Shown in pieces: positions 49,586-61,082 of a DNA stretch of 64,000 bases (positions are counted from its first letter, which is position 1; each line of letters begins with the position of its first letter). The notes under the pieces are model-generated. The model was not told the origin of the DNA, did no database searches, and saw only the letters and a program-made list of their open reading frames with translations. The translations under genes and the position numbers were made by a program. The stretch is from an uncultured Acidobacteriota bacterium (GTDB taxonomy: Bacteria > Acidobacteriota > Thermoanaerobaculia > Gp7-AA8): positions 1 through 64,000 of the forward strand of contig CAVUKB010000013.1 in NCBI GenBank assembly GCA_963741955.1, in the 5' to 3' direction.

Positions 49586-50962
49586 TCAGACGCGTTCCGT
49601 CTTCTCGCTTTCGTACTTCCGTGTCTTGTTGGAAAGGGTCTTGGTGGAGATACCCAGGATCTCGGCCGCTTTTTTCCGGTCGCCTTCCGTCATGGCGAGC
49701 GTCTCTTCGATCACCCTCTTCTCGACTTCCTCGATCGGGAGCCCGAGCTCGATCGTGATCGACTGAGAGCTCTTCTTCTCCGCTGAGGCGACGCCGCGCT
49801 TCACTTTTTCAGGGAGTGTCTCGACTGTGAGGGTATCTCCGCGCGCCATGATGAATGCACGGTTGATCACGTTCCGAAGCTCACGAACATTCCCCGGCCA
49901 CTCGTACTGAGTGAGTACATCGATGAATTCCGGGGCGATCTTCTCGACCGTCTTCTCTTCCGACTCGTTCAGCTTCTCGAGGAAGAAGAAGGCGAAGAGC
50001 GGAATGTCTTCCGTCCGGTGGCGGAGGGGAGGGACCTCGATCGGGAAGACGTTCAGACGATAGTAGAGATCTTCCCGCATCTTCCCGTCCTCGATGGCTT
50101 TGATCGGATCGCGGTTCGACGCGGCAATGATCCGTGCATCGATGGGAATCTCTTCGTTTCCACCGACACGCCGGAACTTCTGTTCTTCGAGAACCCGGAG
50201 GAGCTTGACCTGCAGGTCGAGCGGCATCTCGGTGATCTCGTCGAGAAAGACCGTTCCACCCTTGGCCATTTCGAAATAGCCCTCCCGACGTTTGATGGCG
50301 TTGGTGAAGGCTCCCTTCTCATGACCGAAGATCTCGGATTCGATCAGGGTCGGTGAGATCGCGCCGCAGTTGAAGGCGATGAATGGTTTGTTTCGGCGGC
50401 GCGAGAGGTGATGGATGGTGTTGGCGACCACCTCTTTTCCCGCTCCCGATTCGCCCACGATGAAAACATTCGCATCGGTGTTGGCGACCATCTCGATCTC
50501 TTCGAAGAGTCTCTGCATCTCCTTCGATTTGCCTACCAGGTGACCGAGGGCTCCCATCTTCTGCAGCTGGCGGCGGAGCTCGAGGATCTCCTGCTTCATC
50601 ATCTGCTTGTCTTCGAGCGACTTGAGAATCACCTGGAGGCGCGGGAGGTCGACCGGCTTGGTGACGTAATCTTCGGCCCCGACCTTGAGAGCCTTGACCG
50701 CGGAGTCGACGGTCGCATGGCCGGTGAGGATGATCACCGAGACGTCGGGGTAGGTTTCTTTGAATCGATTCAGCAGGTCGAGCCCGGACCCGTCCGGGAG
50801 ACGGAGATCCACGATCGCGACATCCGGAACGGACTTGGTGGCAGCGGACCATGCGGCCTTGACGGAATCAGCCACGACGGATTCGTATCCCCACTCCTCG
50901 ACCACGTCGGCCATCCCGGCGCTCGTGGTCGCGTCATCGTCTACTATCAGGATTTTCTTCAT
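49586..50962 (-). CDS. Sigma54-dependent response regulator (NtrC/AtoC family)
   Basis: REC domain, 'GESGAGKE', 'FGHEKGAFTNA', 'FLDEI', 'DLYYRLNV', 'WPGNVREL', Fis-type HTH. Confidence 0.95.
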   Translation of the reverse strand: MKKILIVDDDATTSAGMADVVEEWGYESVVADSVKAAWSAATKSVPDVAIVDLRLPDGSGLDLLNRFKETYPDVSVIILTGHATVDSAVKALKVGAEDYVTKPVDLPRLQVILKSLEDKQMMKQEILELRRQLQKMGALGHLVGKSKEMQRLFEEIEMVANTDANVFIVGESGAGKEVVANTIHHLSRRRNKPFIAFNCGAISPTLIESEIFGHEKGAFTNAIKRREGYFEMAKGGTVFLDEITEMPLDLQVKLLRVLEEQKFRRVGGNEEIPIDARIIAASNRDPIKAIEDGKMREDLYYRLNVFPIEVPPLRHRTEDIPLFAFFFLEKLNESEEKTVEKIAPEFIDVLTQYEWPGNVRELRNVINRAFIMARGDTLTVETLPEKVKRGVASAEKKSSQSITIELGLPIEEVEKRVIEETLAMTEGDRKKAAEILGISTKTLSNKTRKYESEKTERV

Positions 50963-51645
50963 CAGTCTCCTGTCATCGGGAGGACCAGATCCAGAACGAG
51001 GGTATCCCCATGCTCGGCGACGGTCAAAGCACCGGCATAGGTCTCGGCGATGATCCTTGCGGCTGCGAATCCGACATCTGGGGTTCCGGAGAGGTCACTG
51101 TAGTAGAACTTGAACAGTTTCGACGGTTCAAAATTCGGACCAGGCCGGTTTCCCTCCAGGCTCAGCCGGACCGACCCCTCAGCGGTGCAACCAATCCGGG
51201 CCCGCAGGCTCTTCCCGAAAAGCTTCCGAGCGCTCCGGACGAGAATCTCGAGCAGATCGCGGATCCTTTCCTCGTGTGCCGTGATCCGTGCAGCGGCGGC
51301 CTCATCCCCGGCAGTCGCCGGCACCCCGGCACGGGTCAGAACCTCCTCTGCAAGAGGAGCGAAGTCGAGAAGGGAGGGCTGCTCCCCTTTGCCGGGTGGT
51401 ACGGTAAAGACGAAGAACGCATCGAAGATGCGTCCCATCCGGCGAAGCTCGCTCTCGACGGAAGCGGCGTATTCGCGCACCTTCGGATCGTCGGAAGAGA
51501 CGATCTTTTCGACGCGCATCCGGAGCAGCTCGAGGTTCAGTACAGCGATGTTCAGCGGCGTCTTCAGGTCATGCGCAATGTCGGCACTTCTGTCGAACGC
51601 GGTTCGCGCGAAGTTCTCCAGCCACGGATTCATCGGATCGTCCAT
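50962..51645 (-). CDS. Sensorless histidine-kinase-like protein with a degenerate HATPase domain
   Basis: H-box 'DIAHDLKTPLN'; N, G1 and G2 boxes degenerate; its stop overlaps the regulator start. Confidence 0.75.
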   Translation of the reverse strand: MDDPMNPWLENFARTAFDRSADIAHDLKTPLNIAVLNLELLRMRVEKIVSSDDPKVREYAASVESELRRMGRIFDAFFVFTVPPGKGEQPSLLDFAPLAEEVLTRAGVPATAGDEAAAARITAHEERIRDLLEILVRSARKLFGKSLRARIGCTAEGSVRLSLEGNRPGPNFEPSKLFKFYYSDLSGTPDVGFAAARIIAETYAGALTVAEHGDTLVLDLVLPMTGD

Positions 51646-51740
51646 TCGGCCTCGGGAGCAAAACGGCTTCCCCCCCGGGGGAGGAAGCCGCGAACCGGAT
51701 CTGCTGCGAAAGGTGCTCCGCCGGTCAGAGACCGGCCGGC

Positions 51741-52166
51741 TCAACGTCTGCCCGCCACCTGGATGCGGGTGATCGACTCGTCGAGTTTTGCCTGTGCGAG
51801 TGCGAATCCCTCATCGTGGGAGGCGAGCGAAGCTAGTTCCCGCTCGGCGTCCAGCTTCTCGCGCTCCGCCGCGTCCACATCGATGTGCTCGAGTTCGTAC
51901 GCGTCCTCTGCCAGAACAATGACCCGATTGGGAAGGATTTCCGCGAACCCGAATTTCGCGACGAGGTAGTGAGAACGCTCTCCGACCCGGTACATCAGCT
52001 CGCCGACGCGCAGGCTGGCGAGCAGAGGGGTGTGGCCGGGAAGAATGCCCATGTACCCCTTCGCGGCCGGGATGAGTACCTCGTCGGCTTCGACTTCGAG
52101 GACTTTCCGCTCCCGAGTCACCACGGTCAGGAGCAGCGTCGCCGGGATTCTGGTCGCCTCGGCCAT
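51741..52166 (-). CDS. atpC: ATP synthase F1 epsilon
   Basis: 'GYMGILPGHTPL', 'GFAEI', operon position. Confidence 0.95.
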   Translation of the reverse strand: MAEATRIPATLLLTVVTRERKVLEVEADEVLIPAAKGYMGILPGHTPLLASLRVGELMYRVGERSHYLVAKFGFAEILPNRVIVLAEDAYELEHIDVDAAEREKLDAERELASLASHDEGFALAQAKLDESITRIQVAGRR

Positions 52167-52167
52167 G

Positions 52168-53643
<1,476 letters not shown>

Positions 53644-54495
53644 CTATCCGAGCGCCGCAGCGCCCGAAACGATTTCGATGATCTCTTTGGTGATCGAAGC
53701 CTGCCGGATGCGGTTGTACGTGAGAGTGAGGCTGTCGATCACGTCGGTCGCATTCCTCGTCGCAGCTTCCATCGCCGTCATCCGTGCCGCCTGCTCGGCG
53801 GCCGCGGATTCCAGCAGCGCGCGGTAGATCTGGAACTCCACGAACTTCGGCAGGAGCTGCCGGAGAATCTCTTCCGGTGAAGGTTCGTAGAGATAGTCCA
53901 TCTCGACCGACGCTTCGGCGGTGTCGCGCATCAGCGGAAGGAGGCGCTCCATACGGACGATCTGCTGGATGACGGACTTGAACTCGTTGTAGACGACGTA
54001 GACCGCGTCGATCTTCTCGTCCTGGTAGTCGCCGATGATGACCCGGGCCAGATCGCGCGCCACTTCCGGCGTCATCGCCTGCATGATGTTGACGGCCTGA
54101 TACCGGATCGGCCAGTCGCGCCGGCGAAAATAGTCGTTGGCTTTGCGGCCGATCGGCAACAGAGCGGCTTCGTCCCACTCCTCGGTGACCAGCGCGTTCT
54201 GTGCGGCTCGGATCACGTTGCCATTGAACGCTCCACAGAGGCCCTTGTCCGCGGTCACCACGAGCACGAGGACACGCCGCTCGTCCCGGACGTGCAGGAG
54301 CGGATGGTCGGCGCGAACCCGGCTGGCGACGGAACGGAGAACCTCCTGAAGCGCGCCCGCATAAGGGCGGGCGGAGACGATCCGTTCCTGTGCACGGCGA
54401 AGCTTCGCGGCTGCGACCATCTTCATCGCCTTGGTGATCTGCTGTGTGTTGCGGACGCTTCGTATGCGCCGCCGTATGTCGATCGTACTCGGCAC
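53644..54495 (-). CDS. atpG: ATP synthase F1 gamma
   Basis: 'QITKAMKMVAAAK', 'DKGLCG', 'RQASITKEIIEI'. Confidence 0.98.
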   Translation of the reverse strand: MPSTIDIRRRIRSVRNTQQITKAMKMVAAAKLRRAQERIVSARPYAGALQEVLRSVASRVRADHPLLHVRDERRVLVLVVTADKGLCGAFNGNVIRAAQNALVTEEWDEAALLPIGRKANDYFRRRDWPIRYQAVNIMQAMTPEVARDLARVIIGDYQDEKIDAVYVVYNEFKSVIQQIVRMERLLPLMRDTAEASVEMDYLYEPSPEEILRQLLPKFVEFQIYRALLESAAAEQAARMTAMEAATRNATDVIDSLTLTYNRIRQASITKEIIEIVSGAAALG

Positions 54496-54500
54496 GGGTG

Positions 54501-56039
54501 TCAGGCTCCGATCGCTTCGGGGTTGTCGCGGACGTAGGTTTTCTTGAATTCCAGAACTGCGTCGCGGATGTCGTTCGCCAGCGACTCCTCGAACTTCTTC
54601 GCCGTTTCGATCGTCTCGACGAGTCCCGCCCGCTCATCGGTCAGCCACTTGTGGAGCGCGGTCTCGAACGGACGGATCGCACCCACCTTCATGTCGTCGA
54701 AGAATCCGTGGGTGCCCGAGAATACCGAAACGACCTGAAGTCCGACCCGGAGTGGTTCGTACTGCCGCTGCTTGAGGATCTCGACCAGCCGGGTTCCACG
54801 GTTCAACTGCGCCTGAGTGGCCTTGTCCAGATCGCTGGCGAAGAGGACGAACGACGCGAGCTCGCGATACTGGGCAAGGTCGAGCCGGAGCGTTCCGGCC
54901 ACTGACCGCATGGCACGGATCTGGGCCGAACCGCCGACGCGCGAGACGGAGAGTCCTACGTTCACCGCGGGACGGACACCGGAGTGAAACAGGTCCGTCT
55001 CCAGGTAGATCTGACCGTCTGTGATCGAGATGACGTTGGTCGGGATGTACGCCGAAACGTCGCCCGCCTGCGTCTCGATGACCGGAAGCGCGGTCAGAGA
55101 GCCTCCACCTTTTTCGTCATTGAGCTTCGCAGCGCGCTCGAGAAGCCGCGAGTGGAGATAGAAGACGTCGCCCGGATACGCCTCGCGACCCGGGGGCCGG
55201 CGAAGAAGGAGCGAGATCTCGCGGTACGCCTGCGCATGCTTGGAGAGATCGTCGTAAATGCAGAGGGCATGCTGGCCGTTGTAAAGGAAGTACTCGCCCA
55301 TCGCGCATCCGGCGTACGGGGCCAGATACTGCATCGGCGCCGACTCGGAGGCGGAAGCGGTGACGACGATGGTGTGTTCCATCGCGCCATAGCTCTCGAG
55401 CGTCTTGACCACCTGTGCGACGGTCGACGACTTCTGGCCGATCGCGACGTAGACGCAGATGACCCCCTGCCCCTTCTGGTTGATGATCGTGTCGACCGCG
55501 ACGGCGGTCTTCCCGGTCTGGCGGTCTCCGATGATCAGCTCGCGCTGGCCTCGGCCGATCGGAATCATCGCGTCGATCGCCTTCAGTCCGGTCTGCAGAG
55601 GTTCCTTGACTCCTTTTCGTTCGATCACACCAGGCGCGATTCGCTCGATGGGATAAAACTCCGTGGAGTTGATCGGGCCTTTCCCATCGACCGGCTGACC
55701 GAGGGGATTCACGACCCTTCCGACCAGGGCGGGGCCGACAGGGACCGAAATGATGCGTCCGGTCCGCTTGACCTGATCGCCTTCCTTGATCTCCTGGTAC
55801 TCCCCGAGGAGAACCACCCCGACATTGTCTTCTTCGAGATTGAGCGCGAGCCCGAAAACGTCGTGCGGCAGCTCGAGCAGCTCTCCCGCCATGACCCGGT
55901 TCAATCCGTACACGCGGGCGATACCGTCGCCCACCGAAATGACGGATCCGACTTCGGAAACGTCGACGCCTCGCTCGATTCCGGCGATCTGCTGCCTGAT
56001 GATCTCCGTGATCTCGTCCGCTCTTAAATCAACGGCCAT
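54501..56039 (-). CDS. atpA: ATP synthase F1 alpha
   Basis: 'GDRQTGKT', '[21 protein letters not shown]'. Confidence 0.99.
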   Translation of the reverse strand: MAVDLRADEITEIIRQQIAGIERGVDVSEVGSVISVGDGIARVYGLNRVMAGELLELPHDVFGLALNLEEDNVGVVLLGEYQEIKEGDQVKRTGRIISVPVGPALVGRVVNPLGQPVDGKGPINSTEFYPIERIAPGVIERKGVKEPLQTGLKAIDAMIPIGRGQRELIIGDRQTGKTAVAVDTIINQKGQGVICVYVAIGQKSSTVAQVVKTLESYGAMEHTIVVTASASESAPMQYLAPYAGCAMGEYFLYNGQHALCIYDDLSKHAQAYREISLLLRRPPGREAYPGDVFYLHSRLLERAAKLNDEKGGGSLTALPVIETQAGDVSAYIPTNVISITDGQIYLETDLFHSGVRPAVNVGLSVSRVGGSAQIRAMRSVAGTLRLDLAQYRELASFVLFASDLDKATQAQLNRGTRLVEILKQRQYEPLRVGLQVVSVFSGTHGFFDDMKVGAIRPFETALHKWLTDERAGLVETIETAKKFEESLANDIRDAVLEFKKTYVRDNPEAIGA

Positions 56040-56097
56040 ATGATCTCCTGAAAACGGTGCTTCGAAACTAGTTGTGGATTTAGTTCCAGAAAACTGC

Positions 56098-56631
56098 TCA
56101 AGCTAATTGTTCTCTAAATTTGTGGATCTGTCCGAGAACGGATGCGTCGAAGACTTCACTGCCGACCTTCGCCACGAACCCGCCGAGCAGAGATGGGTCG
56201 GTCTCGACCTCGAGCTCGATTTTCTGCCCGAATTTCTGCTCCAGTGCGCCACGCAGGCGCTGCTGCTCGTCTTCGGACAGACCGCGAGCAGAGCGGACGT
56301 CCGCTCGCACGATTCCCATCGCCGAGTGAATCATCGCCTGAAGCGCTTCGAGGATGAAGGCGAGATCATTCACCCGGTGATTCCGGACCAGGACGTCGAG
56401 AACTCTCATGGTCAGATCGGATAGCTGAAGGCGCTCTGCGATGCTTCGCACGATCGCCAGCCGGTCTGCGATGTCCACCGAGGGGTTTCTCAGGACTTCG
56501 GGCAGCTCCGGAGCGAGTTTTCTCGCCTCTTCGAAACGCGCGAGCTCACGGCGTGTCGTGTCGGCAGTCTCCACCGATGCGGCGACCTCGTAGATCGCTT
56601 TGGCGTAAGAACGGGCAAAGCTGCGGATCAT
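56098..56631 (-). CDS. atpH: ATP synthase F1 delta
   Basis: 'ARSYAKA', 'DPSLLGG', 'DASV'. Confidence 0.95.
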   Translation of the reverse strand: MIRSFARSYAKAIYEVAASVETADTTRRELARFEEARKLAPELPEVLRNPSVDIADRLAIVRSIAERLQLSDLTMRVLDVLVRNHRVNDLAFILEALQAMIHSAMGIVRADVRSARGLSEDEQQRLRGALEQKFGQKIELEVETDPSLLGGFVAKVGSEVFDASVLGQIHKFREQLA

Positions 56632-57284
56632 GAACGCACCCCCGCGATCTCCCGGACGCTCTCGTCGAAGAGCTTGGACCGGTCCTCATCCGTGATCGAG
56701 TGGGCCACGATCTGTTCCGCCCGTTCAGTCGCGAGCCGTCCGGCATACTCGGTGAGCTCCTGGTGGGCTTGTTTGACCCGCAGGTCGACCGCGTTCTGGG
56801 CCGAAGCGAGAATCTTCTGAGACTCGGTTTCCGCCGCAGCGATCAGCTCCTGCTTCTGGCGTTCGCCTTCTTCGTGGGCGCGTTCGAGGATTTCCGCAAC
56901 CTCGCGCTCGATCTGAGAGAGCCGCTGCTGGATGTCGCTCGCCAGCTGATCCGCTTTCGCCCGGCGTTGTTCCGCCTCACTCAGGCGCTGGCGAATTGCT
57001 GCTTTTCTTCCGTCGAAGCTCTGAACGACCGGCTTCCGGATCAGGTACCAGAGGAGGCCGAGAAACAGCAGCATGTTCACCAGCTGCCAGAGCCAGCTCG
57101 GAAGCCCCAGGAAAGTCGTGGAGAGGCCGTGCGCCTCCTCACCCTGAGCCGCCCCGGAGACCTCCTGACCGACCTTCTGGGATCCCTGAGAAATGTTGCT
57201 CGGCGAGGCACCCCCCTCATGCACCTGAGCGAGGGCTCCGAGCGGCATCACGACGAGGAGTAAAACCAGGAGGAGTCGCTTCAT
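56628..57284 (-). CDS. atpF: ATP synthase F0 subunit b with an N-terminal signal-like extension
   Basis: 'WQLVNMLLFLGLLWY..KP' followed by a coiled coil. Confidence 0.88.
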   Translation of the reverse strand: MKRLLLVLLLVVMPLGALAQVHEGGASPSNISQGSQKVGQEVSGAAQGEEAHGLSTTFLGLPSWLWQLVNMLLFLGLLWYLIRKPVVQSFDGRKAAIRQRLSEAEQRRAKADQLASDIQQRLSQIEREVAEILERAHEEGERQKQELIAAAETESQKILASAQNAVDLRVKQAHQELTEYAGRLATERAEQIVAHSITDEDRSKLFDESVREIAGVRS

Positions 57285-57718
57285 GACAGTTTTCGTCCCA
57301 GAATGCGTTCTGCGGTGAGTCGCGCGAGCATCTCGGAGTCGCGGAGTATCGTGTCGCGAGCGGTCGCGACATCCTTCTCGACCTTCGACTCGGCGTCCAT
57401 TGTGATCGCCTCCGCCTCCGATCGTGTTTTCTGGAGAAGTTCGTTCTTGTATCCGGCGGCCTCATTGCGCCGTTGGTCCCGGAGCTGACTCCCTTCCCGC
57501 TTCGCATCATGAAGACGCGACTCCATGTCTCGAGTCTCGTCGTTGAATCGGCTCAGCGCCTCTTCATACCTTTTTTCAGCGCTCCGTATTTCGGTCTCGC
57601 GCCAGATGAGAATGTCGTTGATCGGCCGGATCAGAAAACGACGGACGACGAAGTACGTCGCGAGGAAAATCGCGACGATCGCAAGAAGAGACAAGTCGGG
57701 TGCAAGATTGATCTGCAT
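57281..57718 (-). CDS. ATP synthase F0 subunit b'
   Basis: TM segment, 'LIRPINDIL..RE', coiled coil, 'AERILGR'. Confidence 0.85.
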   Translation of the reverse strand: MQINLAPDLSLLAIVAIFLATYFVVRRFLIRPINDILIWRETEIRSAEKRYEEALSRFNDETRDMESRLHDAKREGSQLRDQRRNEAAGYKNELLQKTRSEAEAITMDAESKVEKDVATARDTILRDSEMLARLTAERILGRKLS

Positions 57719-57875
57719 AGTAGTATTCGGAAGCGAAGGGTCAGGCGCCGGGAACCCGGAAAAACCACACAGCGCACGCCACGCAAGGGCCGCAGACGTA
57801 TAGCACAGCAAATGACAATAATCAACCGTGGCGGGGGAAGGAAGCTCCTCCTTCCGGCGTTCTCCCGGGAGTCCT

Positions 57876-58442
57876 ATGACGAGCCCTTACCGGAGGATTC
57901 TCGCACTCGCCGATGCGCATTTCGACCAGGTGCTGCGCACCCAGCGAGGCAACCTCTCGTGCCGCGTCGGATGCACTCATTGCTGCCATGGCTTCTTCGA
58001 GATCGGGGCAGCCGACGTTTCGATCATCGCCGAAGCTCTGGGCCATATGCCTGCAGGGGAGCGCGACCGGTTGATCCGCGCGGCGCGCGCATCGCTGGAG
58101 ACGACGAATCACCCCCGTCTGCGCGACCTCACCAAATCCGAACGCGATGCGTTTCTCGACTCGACCGAAGGCCTCCCCTGCCCCGCCCTCGGTGCGGACG
58201 GCGCATGCACGATCTACGATTTCCGCCCCCTGATCTGCCGGACTTTCGGTCTTCCCATCCGGGAAGGCCCCAGGTTCCTCGGTGAAGAGTGCTTTCTGAA
58301 TTTCACGGAAGCGACTGACGATGAGCGGTTCGACGCGGCCTGGGATCTGCTCGAGGAAGACGCAGTCGGTGTCGAGGATCAGTACACCGTCGCCGAAGCG
58401 ATCGTTGCGGCAGCCCGGGGCGTGGGAATCCCGGAACCCTGA
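57876..58442 (+). CDS. YkgJ family cysteine-cluster (CxxCxxCC) protein
   Basis: 'CRVGCTHCC', 'CPAL...CTIYDFRPLICRTF'. Confidence 0.9.
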   Translation: MTSPYRRILALADAHFDQVLRTQRGNLSCRVGCTHCCHGFFEIGAADVSIIAEALGHMPAGERDRLIRAARASLETTNHPRLRDLTKSERDAFLDSTEGLPCPALGADGACTIYDFRPLICRTFGLPIREGPRFLGEECFLNFTEATDDERFDAAWDLLEEDAVGVEDQYTVAEAIVAAARGVGIPEP

Positions 58443-58483
58443 CCCCGAGGAGTGGTTCCACTCTCGCCGATAGTTTCCGGCGG

Positions 58484-58870
58484 CTACGACGACTTGTGGA
58501 TACTCTTGAGACCGGCCACGGCGACGGGAACTTCGCGCTCCGCCATGGAGCAGCTTCCCTGAAAGGTCGCGCCTTCTTCGATGATCAGAGTCGGGGTATC
58601 GATGTCGCTGAAGACGTGGCCGCTGCGATGAATCTCGATGCGGTCATCGGCTTTGATCCGGCCGACGACGGTCCCGCTGATCGCGATACGGCCGACGTGG
58701 ATCTCCCCTTCGATACTGGCGCTTTCTCCGACGATCAGCTCGTTCTTGGAAAAAATCTTTCCGTTGAACTTCCCGTCGATGCGCATCGTGTCCTCGAATT
58801 CGAGCTCGCCGCGGAATGACGATCCGCGATCGAGAAATCCGTTCAGTTCACCACCGTTCTTCGGCTTCAT
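58484..58870 (-). CDS. Bactofilin (polymer-forming cytoskeletal protein)
   Basis: 'FRGELEFEDTMRIDGKFNG', 'VGESASIEGEI', 'IEEGATFQG'. Confidence 0.92.
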   Translation of the reverse strand: MKPKNGGELNGFLDRGSSFRGELEFEDTMRIDGKFNGKIFSKNELIVGESASIEGEIHVGRIAISGTVVGRIKADDRIEIHRSGHVFSDIDTPTLIIEEGATFQGSCSMAEREVPVAVAGLKSIHKSS

Positions 58871-59718
58871 CGTTTTCTCCCACTCCCGGTCAGCTCTTCG
58901 TACAGACGGATCAACTCATCCTCGCTTGAAAAAGTCACTCTGATCTCGCCTCCCCGGCGCTTCCGCTCGATCGCGACCTTCGCCCGGAGAGAACGGGTCA
59001 GTTTCTCTTCGGCATCACGAGTAAAGACGTCCTTCAGCTTCTCGGGTTTTTTCGCTGCAGAAGGAGCGCCCGAGACGAGGTGCTCCGTCTGACGCACATT
59101 GAGATCATTCTTGATCACCCGATCAGCAAGCGTCTCGATTTTACGAGGTTCTTCGACACTCAGAAGCGCACGTGCGTGCCCCATCGAGAGCTGGCCGGCC
59201 GCGACCATCTTCTTCACGCGCTCCGGGAGGCGGAGGAGCCGGAGAAAATTCGCCACCGTCGGGCGTTCCTTGCCGACGCGTTTCGCGATCTCTTCCTGGG
59301 TGAGGCCGAACTCGTCGTGGAGCTGTTGATACGCGACGGCTTCTTCCATCGGATTCAGATCTTCGCGCTGAATGTTTTCAATGAGTGCGAGCTGGAGAGC
59401 CTGGCCGCTCTGCACGAGCTCTTTCACGACCACCGGGACGGTTTTCAGTCCGGCCTTCTGGCTTGCGCGAAACCGCCGCTCGCCTGCGATCAGCTGGTAG
59501 CGCGAATCGCCGCTCCTCGTGACTACGAGAGGCTGTACGACGCCGTTCTCGCGAATGCTCCGCGCCAGCGATTCGAGTGCGGCCTCGTCAAAAGTCTTTC
59601 GTGGCTGGTCCGGATTCGGGATGATCCGCTCGATCGGAACTTCGAGCAGACCGGCTCCCTCTTCCTTCTGAGGAATGAGAGCCCCGAGTCCACGGCCGAG
59701 CACTCGTTTTTGCGCCAA
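58867..59718 (-). CDS. parB: Chromosome partitioning protein ParB/Spo0J
   Basis: 'LGRGLGALI', 'NPDQPRKTF', 'AGERRFRA', 'ENIQREDLNP', HTH. Confidence 0.97.
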   Translation of the reverse strand: MAQKRVLGRGLGALIPQKEEGAGLLEVPIERIIPNPDQPRKTFDEAALESLARSIRENGVVQPLVVTRSGDSRYQLIAGERRFRASQKAGLKTVPVVVKELVQSGQALQLALIENIQREDLNPMEEAVAYQQLHDEFGLTQEEIAKRVGKERPTVANFLRLLRLPERVKKMVAAGQLSMGHARALLSVEEPRKIETLADRVIKNDLNVRQTEHLVSGAPSAAKKPEKLKDVFTRDAEEKLTRSLRAKVAIERKRRGGEIRVTFSSEDELIRLYEELTGSGRKR

Positions 59719-59724
59719 TGCTGA

Positions 59725-60504
59725 TTACCCCACGTCGATGACGGTTTCGGCTCTCTTTATAAACTCTTGAGCCAATTGAAGATAGGACTCACTGCCCCTC
59801 GATCTTATGTCGTACAGGATGATCGGCTTACCGAACGAAGGAGCCTCTCCCAGCCGGACGTTCCGCGGTACTACGGTCTGGTACACCTTCTCCCCGAAAT
59901 AGCTCCTGATCTCTTCGGAGACCTGGCGAGCGAGGTTGATGCGTTCATCGTACATCGTCAGGGCGATTCCCTCGATCTCGAGAGAGGGGTTCAAAGACGT
60001 CTGTACCCGCTCAATGGTGTTGACCAGCTGAGAGATTCCCTCCAGAGCGAAGTACTCACACTGCACCGGAACCACGACCGAATCCGCAGCCACGAGTCCG
60101 TTCACCGTCAGAAGACCGAGTGAAGGAGGTGAGTCGATGAAGATGTAGTCGTACTCTTCACGAATCGGCGCGAGTACGTCCGCAAGCCGGAACTCCCGGC
60201 GATCACCCTCCGAGAGCTCGATCTCCGCGGCTACGAGATCGACGGACGATGGCGCGATGTGAAGCATAGGGAGCTCGGTCTCCTGAATGATGCTCCGAAT
60301 CGCCTGCCCCGCGACCAGGACCGGGTACATCGAATCGCGGCTGTTTTTCGGAAGTCCGACTCCCGAGGTGGCGTTCGCCTGAGGATCGAGGTCGACCAGG
60401 AGGACTCGCCGGTCACATACGGCGACCGACGCTCCGAGATTGATCGCGGTGGTGGTCTTGCCCACACCACCTTTCTGGTTCGCGAGAGATACGATCTTCG
60501 CCAT
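59725..60504 (-). CDS. parA: Chromosome partitioning ATPase ParA/Soj
   Basis: 'NQKGGVGKTTT', 'DLDPQANAT', 'PVQCEYFALEG', 'EAPSFG'. Confidence 0.97.
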   Translation of the reverse strand: MAKIVSLANQKGGVGKTTTAINLGASVAVCDRRVLLVDLDPQANATSGVGLPKNSRDSMYPVLVAGQAIRSIIQETELPMLHIAPSSVDLVAAEIELSEGDRREFRLADVLAPIREEYDYIFIDSPPSLGLLTVNGLVAADSVVVPVQCEYFALEGISQLVNTIERVQTSLNPSLEIEGIALTMYDERINLARQVSEEIRSYFGEKVYQTVVPRNVRLGEAPSFGKPIILYDIRSRGSESYLQLAQEFIKRAETVIDVG

Positions 60505-60505
60505 C

Positions 60506-60521
60506 TGTTTCACGTGGAACG
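60506..60521. promoter_or_regulatory. parS centromere-like site
   Basis: TGTTTCACGTGGAACG matches the parS consensus; overlaps the rsmG stop just upstream of parA. Confidence 0.9.
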
Positions 60522-61082
60522 CCGCAGAATCTGGAGAAAATTCGATTCTCCTCGCGGCAACACCTCAGTTCGGTCGATCTCCAGGCCGGCCACGTCAGGC
60601 ACGTCCCGCCCTGTCTGAAAGAGCGCGACCTTCCCCAACCCAGCCAGGTGCGGCAACACGAGTGGAATCCACTGCTCGGGATGTCCGACGGCCCGCGACG
60701 TGACCAGCTGAAACAGCAGGTCCGGATCGAGCCGCCCAATGACGTTCGCCAATCTATCACCGTGGGCGACCGAGTTCAACGAACACTCGCGGATCACCTG
60801 CTTCAGAAAGGCCCACTTCCGGCGGTCCGCTTCCACCAGGTGAAACCGTGCTTCCGGGCTGACGATCGCCATCGGAATCGCGGGGAGTCCACCTCCACTC
60901 CCGACATCGAGAACCTCCCCGTCGGGCCGGAGAACGCGAGCCGCCGCGATCCCCTCCTCGATGTGCTCATCGATATGTCTCCGCGCCTCAGGCCCGATCA
61001 GGTTGATCTTCGCCGACCAGGTCAGCAGCAGCTCGCGGTAGACCCGAATCCGCGCCGATGCTTCTCGCTCCACGTGCTCCAC
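60510..61082 (-). CDS. rsmG: 16S rRNA m7G527 methyltransferase
   Basis: 'WSAKINL', 'DVGSGGGLP', 'KWAFL', 'TSRA'. Confidence 0.9.
   Translation of the reverse strand: MEHVEREASARIRVYRELLLTWSAKINLIGPEARRHIDEHIEEGIAAARVLRPDGEVLDVGSGGGLPAIPMAIVSPEARFHLVEADRRKWAFLKQVIRECSLNSVAHGDRLANVIGRLDPDLLFQLVTSRAVGHPEQWIPLVLPHLAGLGKVALFQTGRDVPDVAGLEIDRTEVLPRGESNFLQILRRST

Noticed and set aside
60988-61082. C-terminal extension of MnmG overlapping rsmG by ~95 bp
   Set aside because: It is a low-complexity tail that could be a single indel error or a trivial stop loss; it cannot be resolved from the sequence alone.
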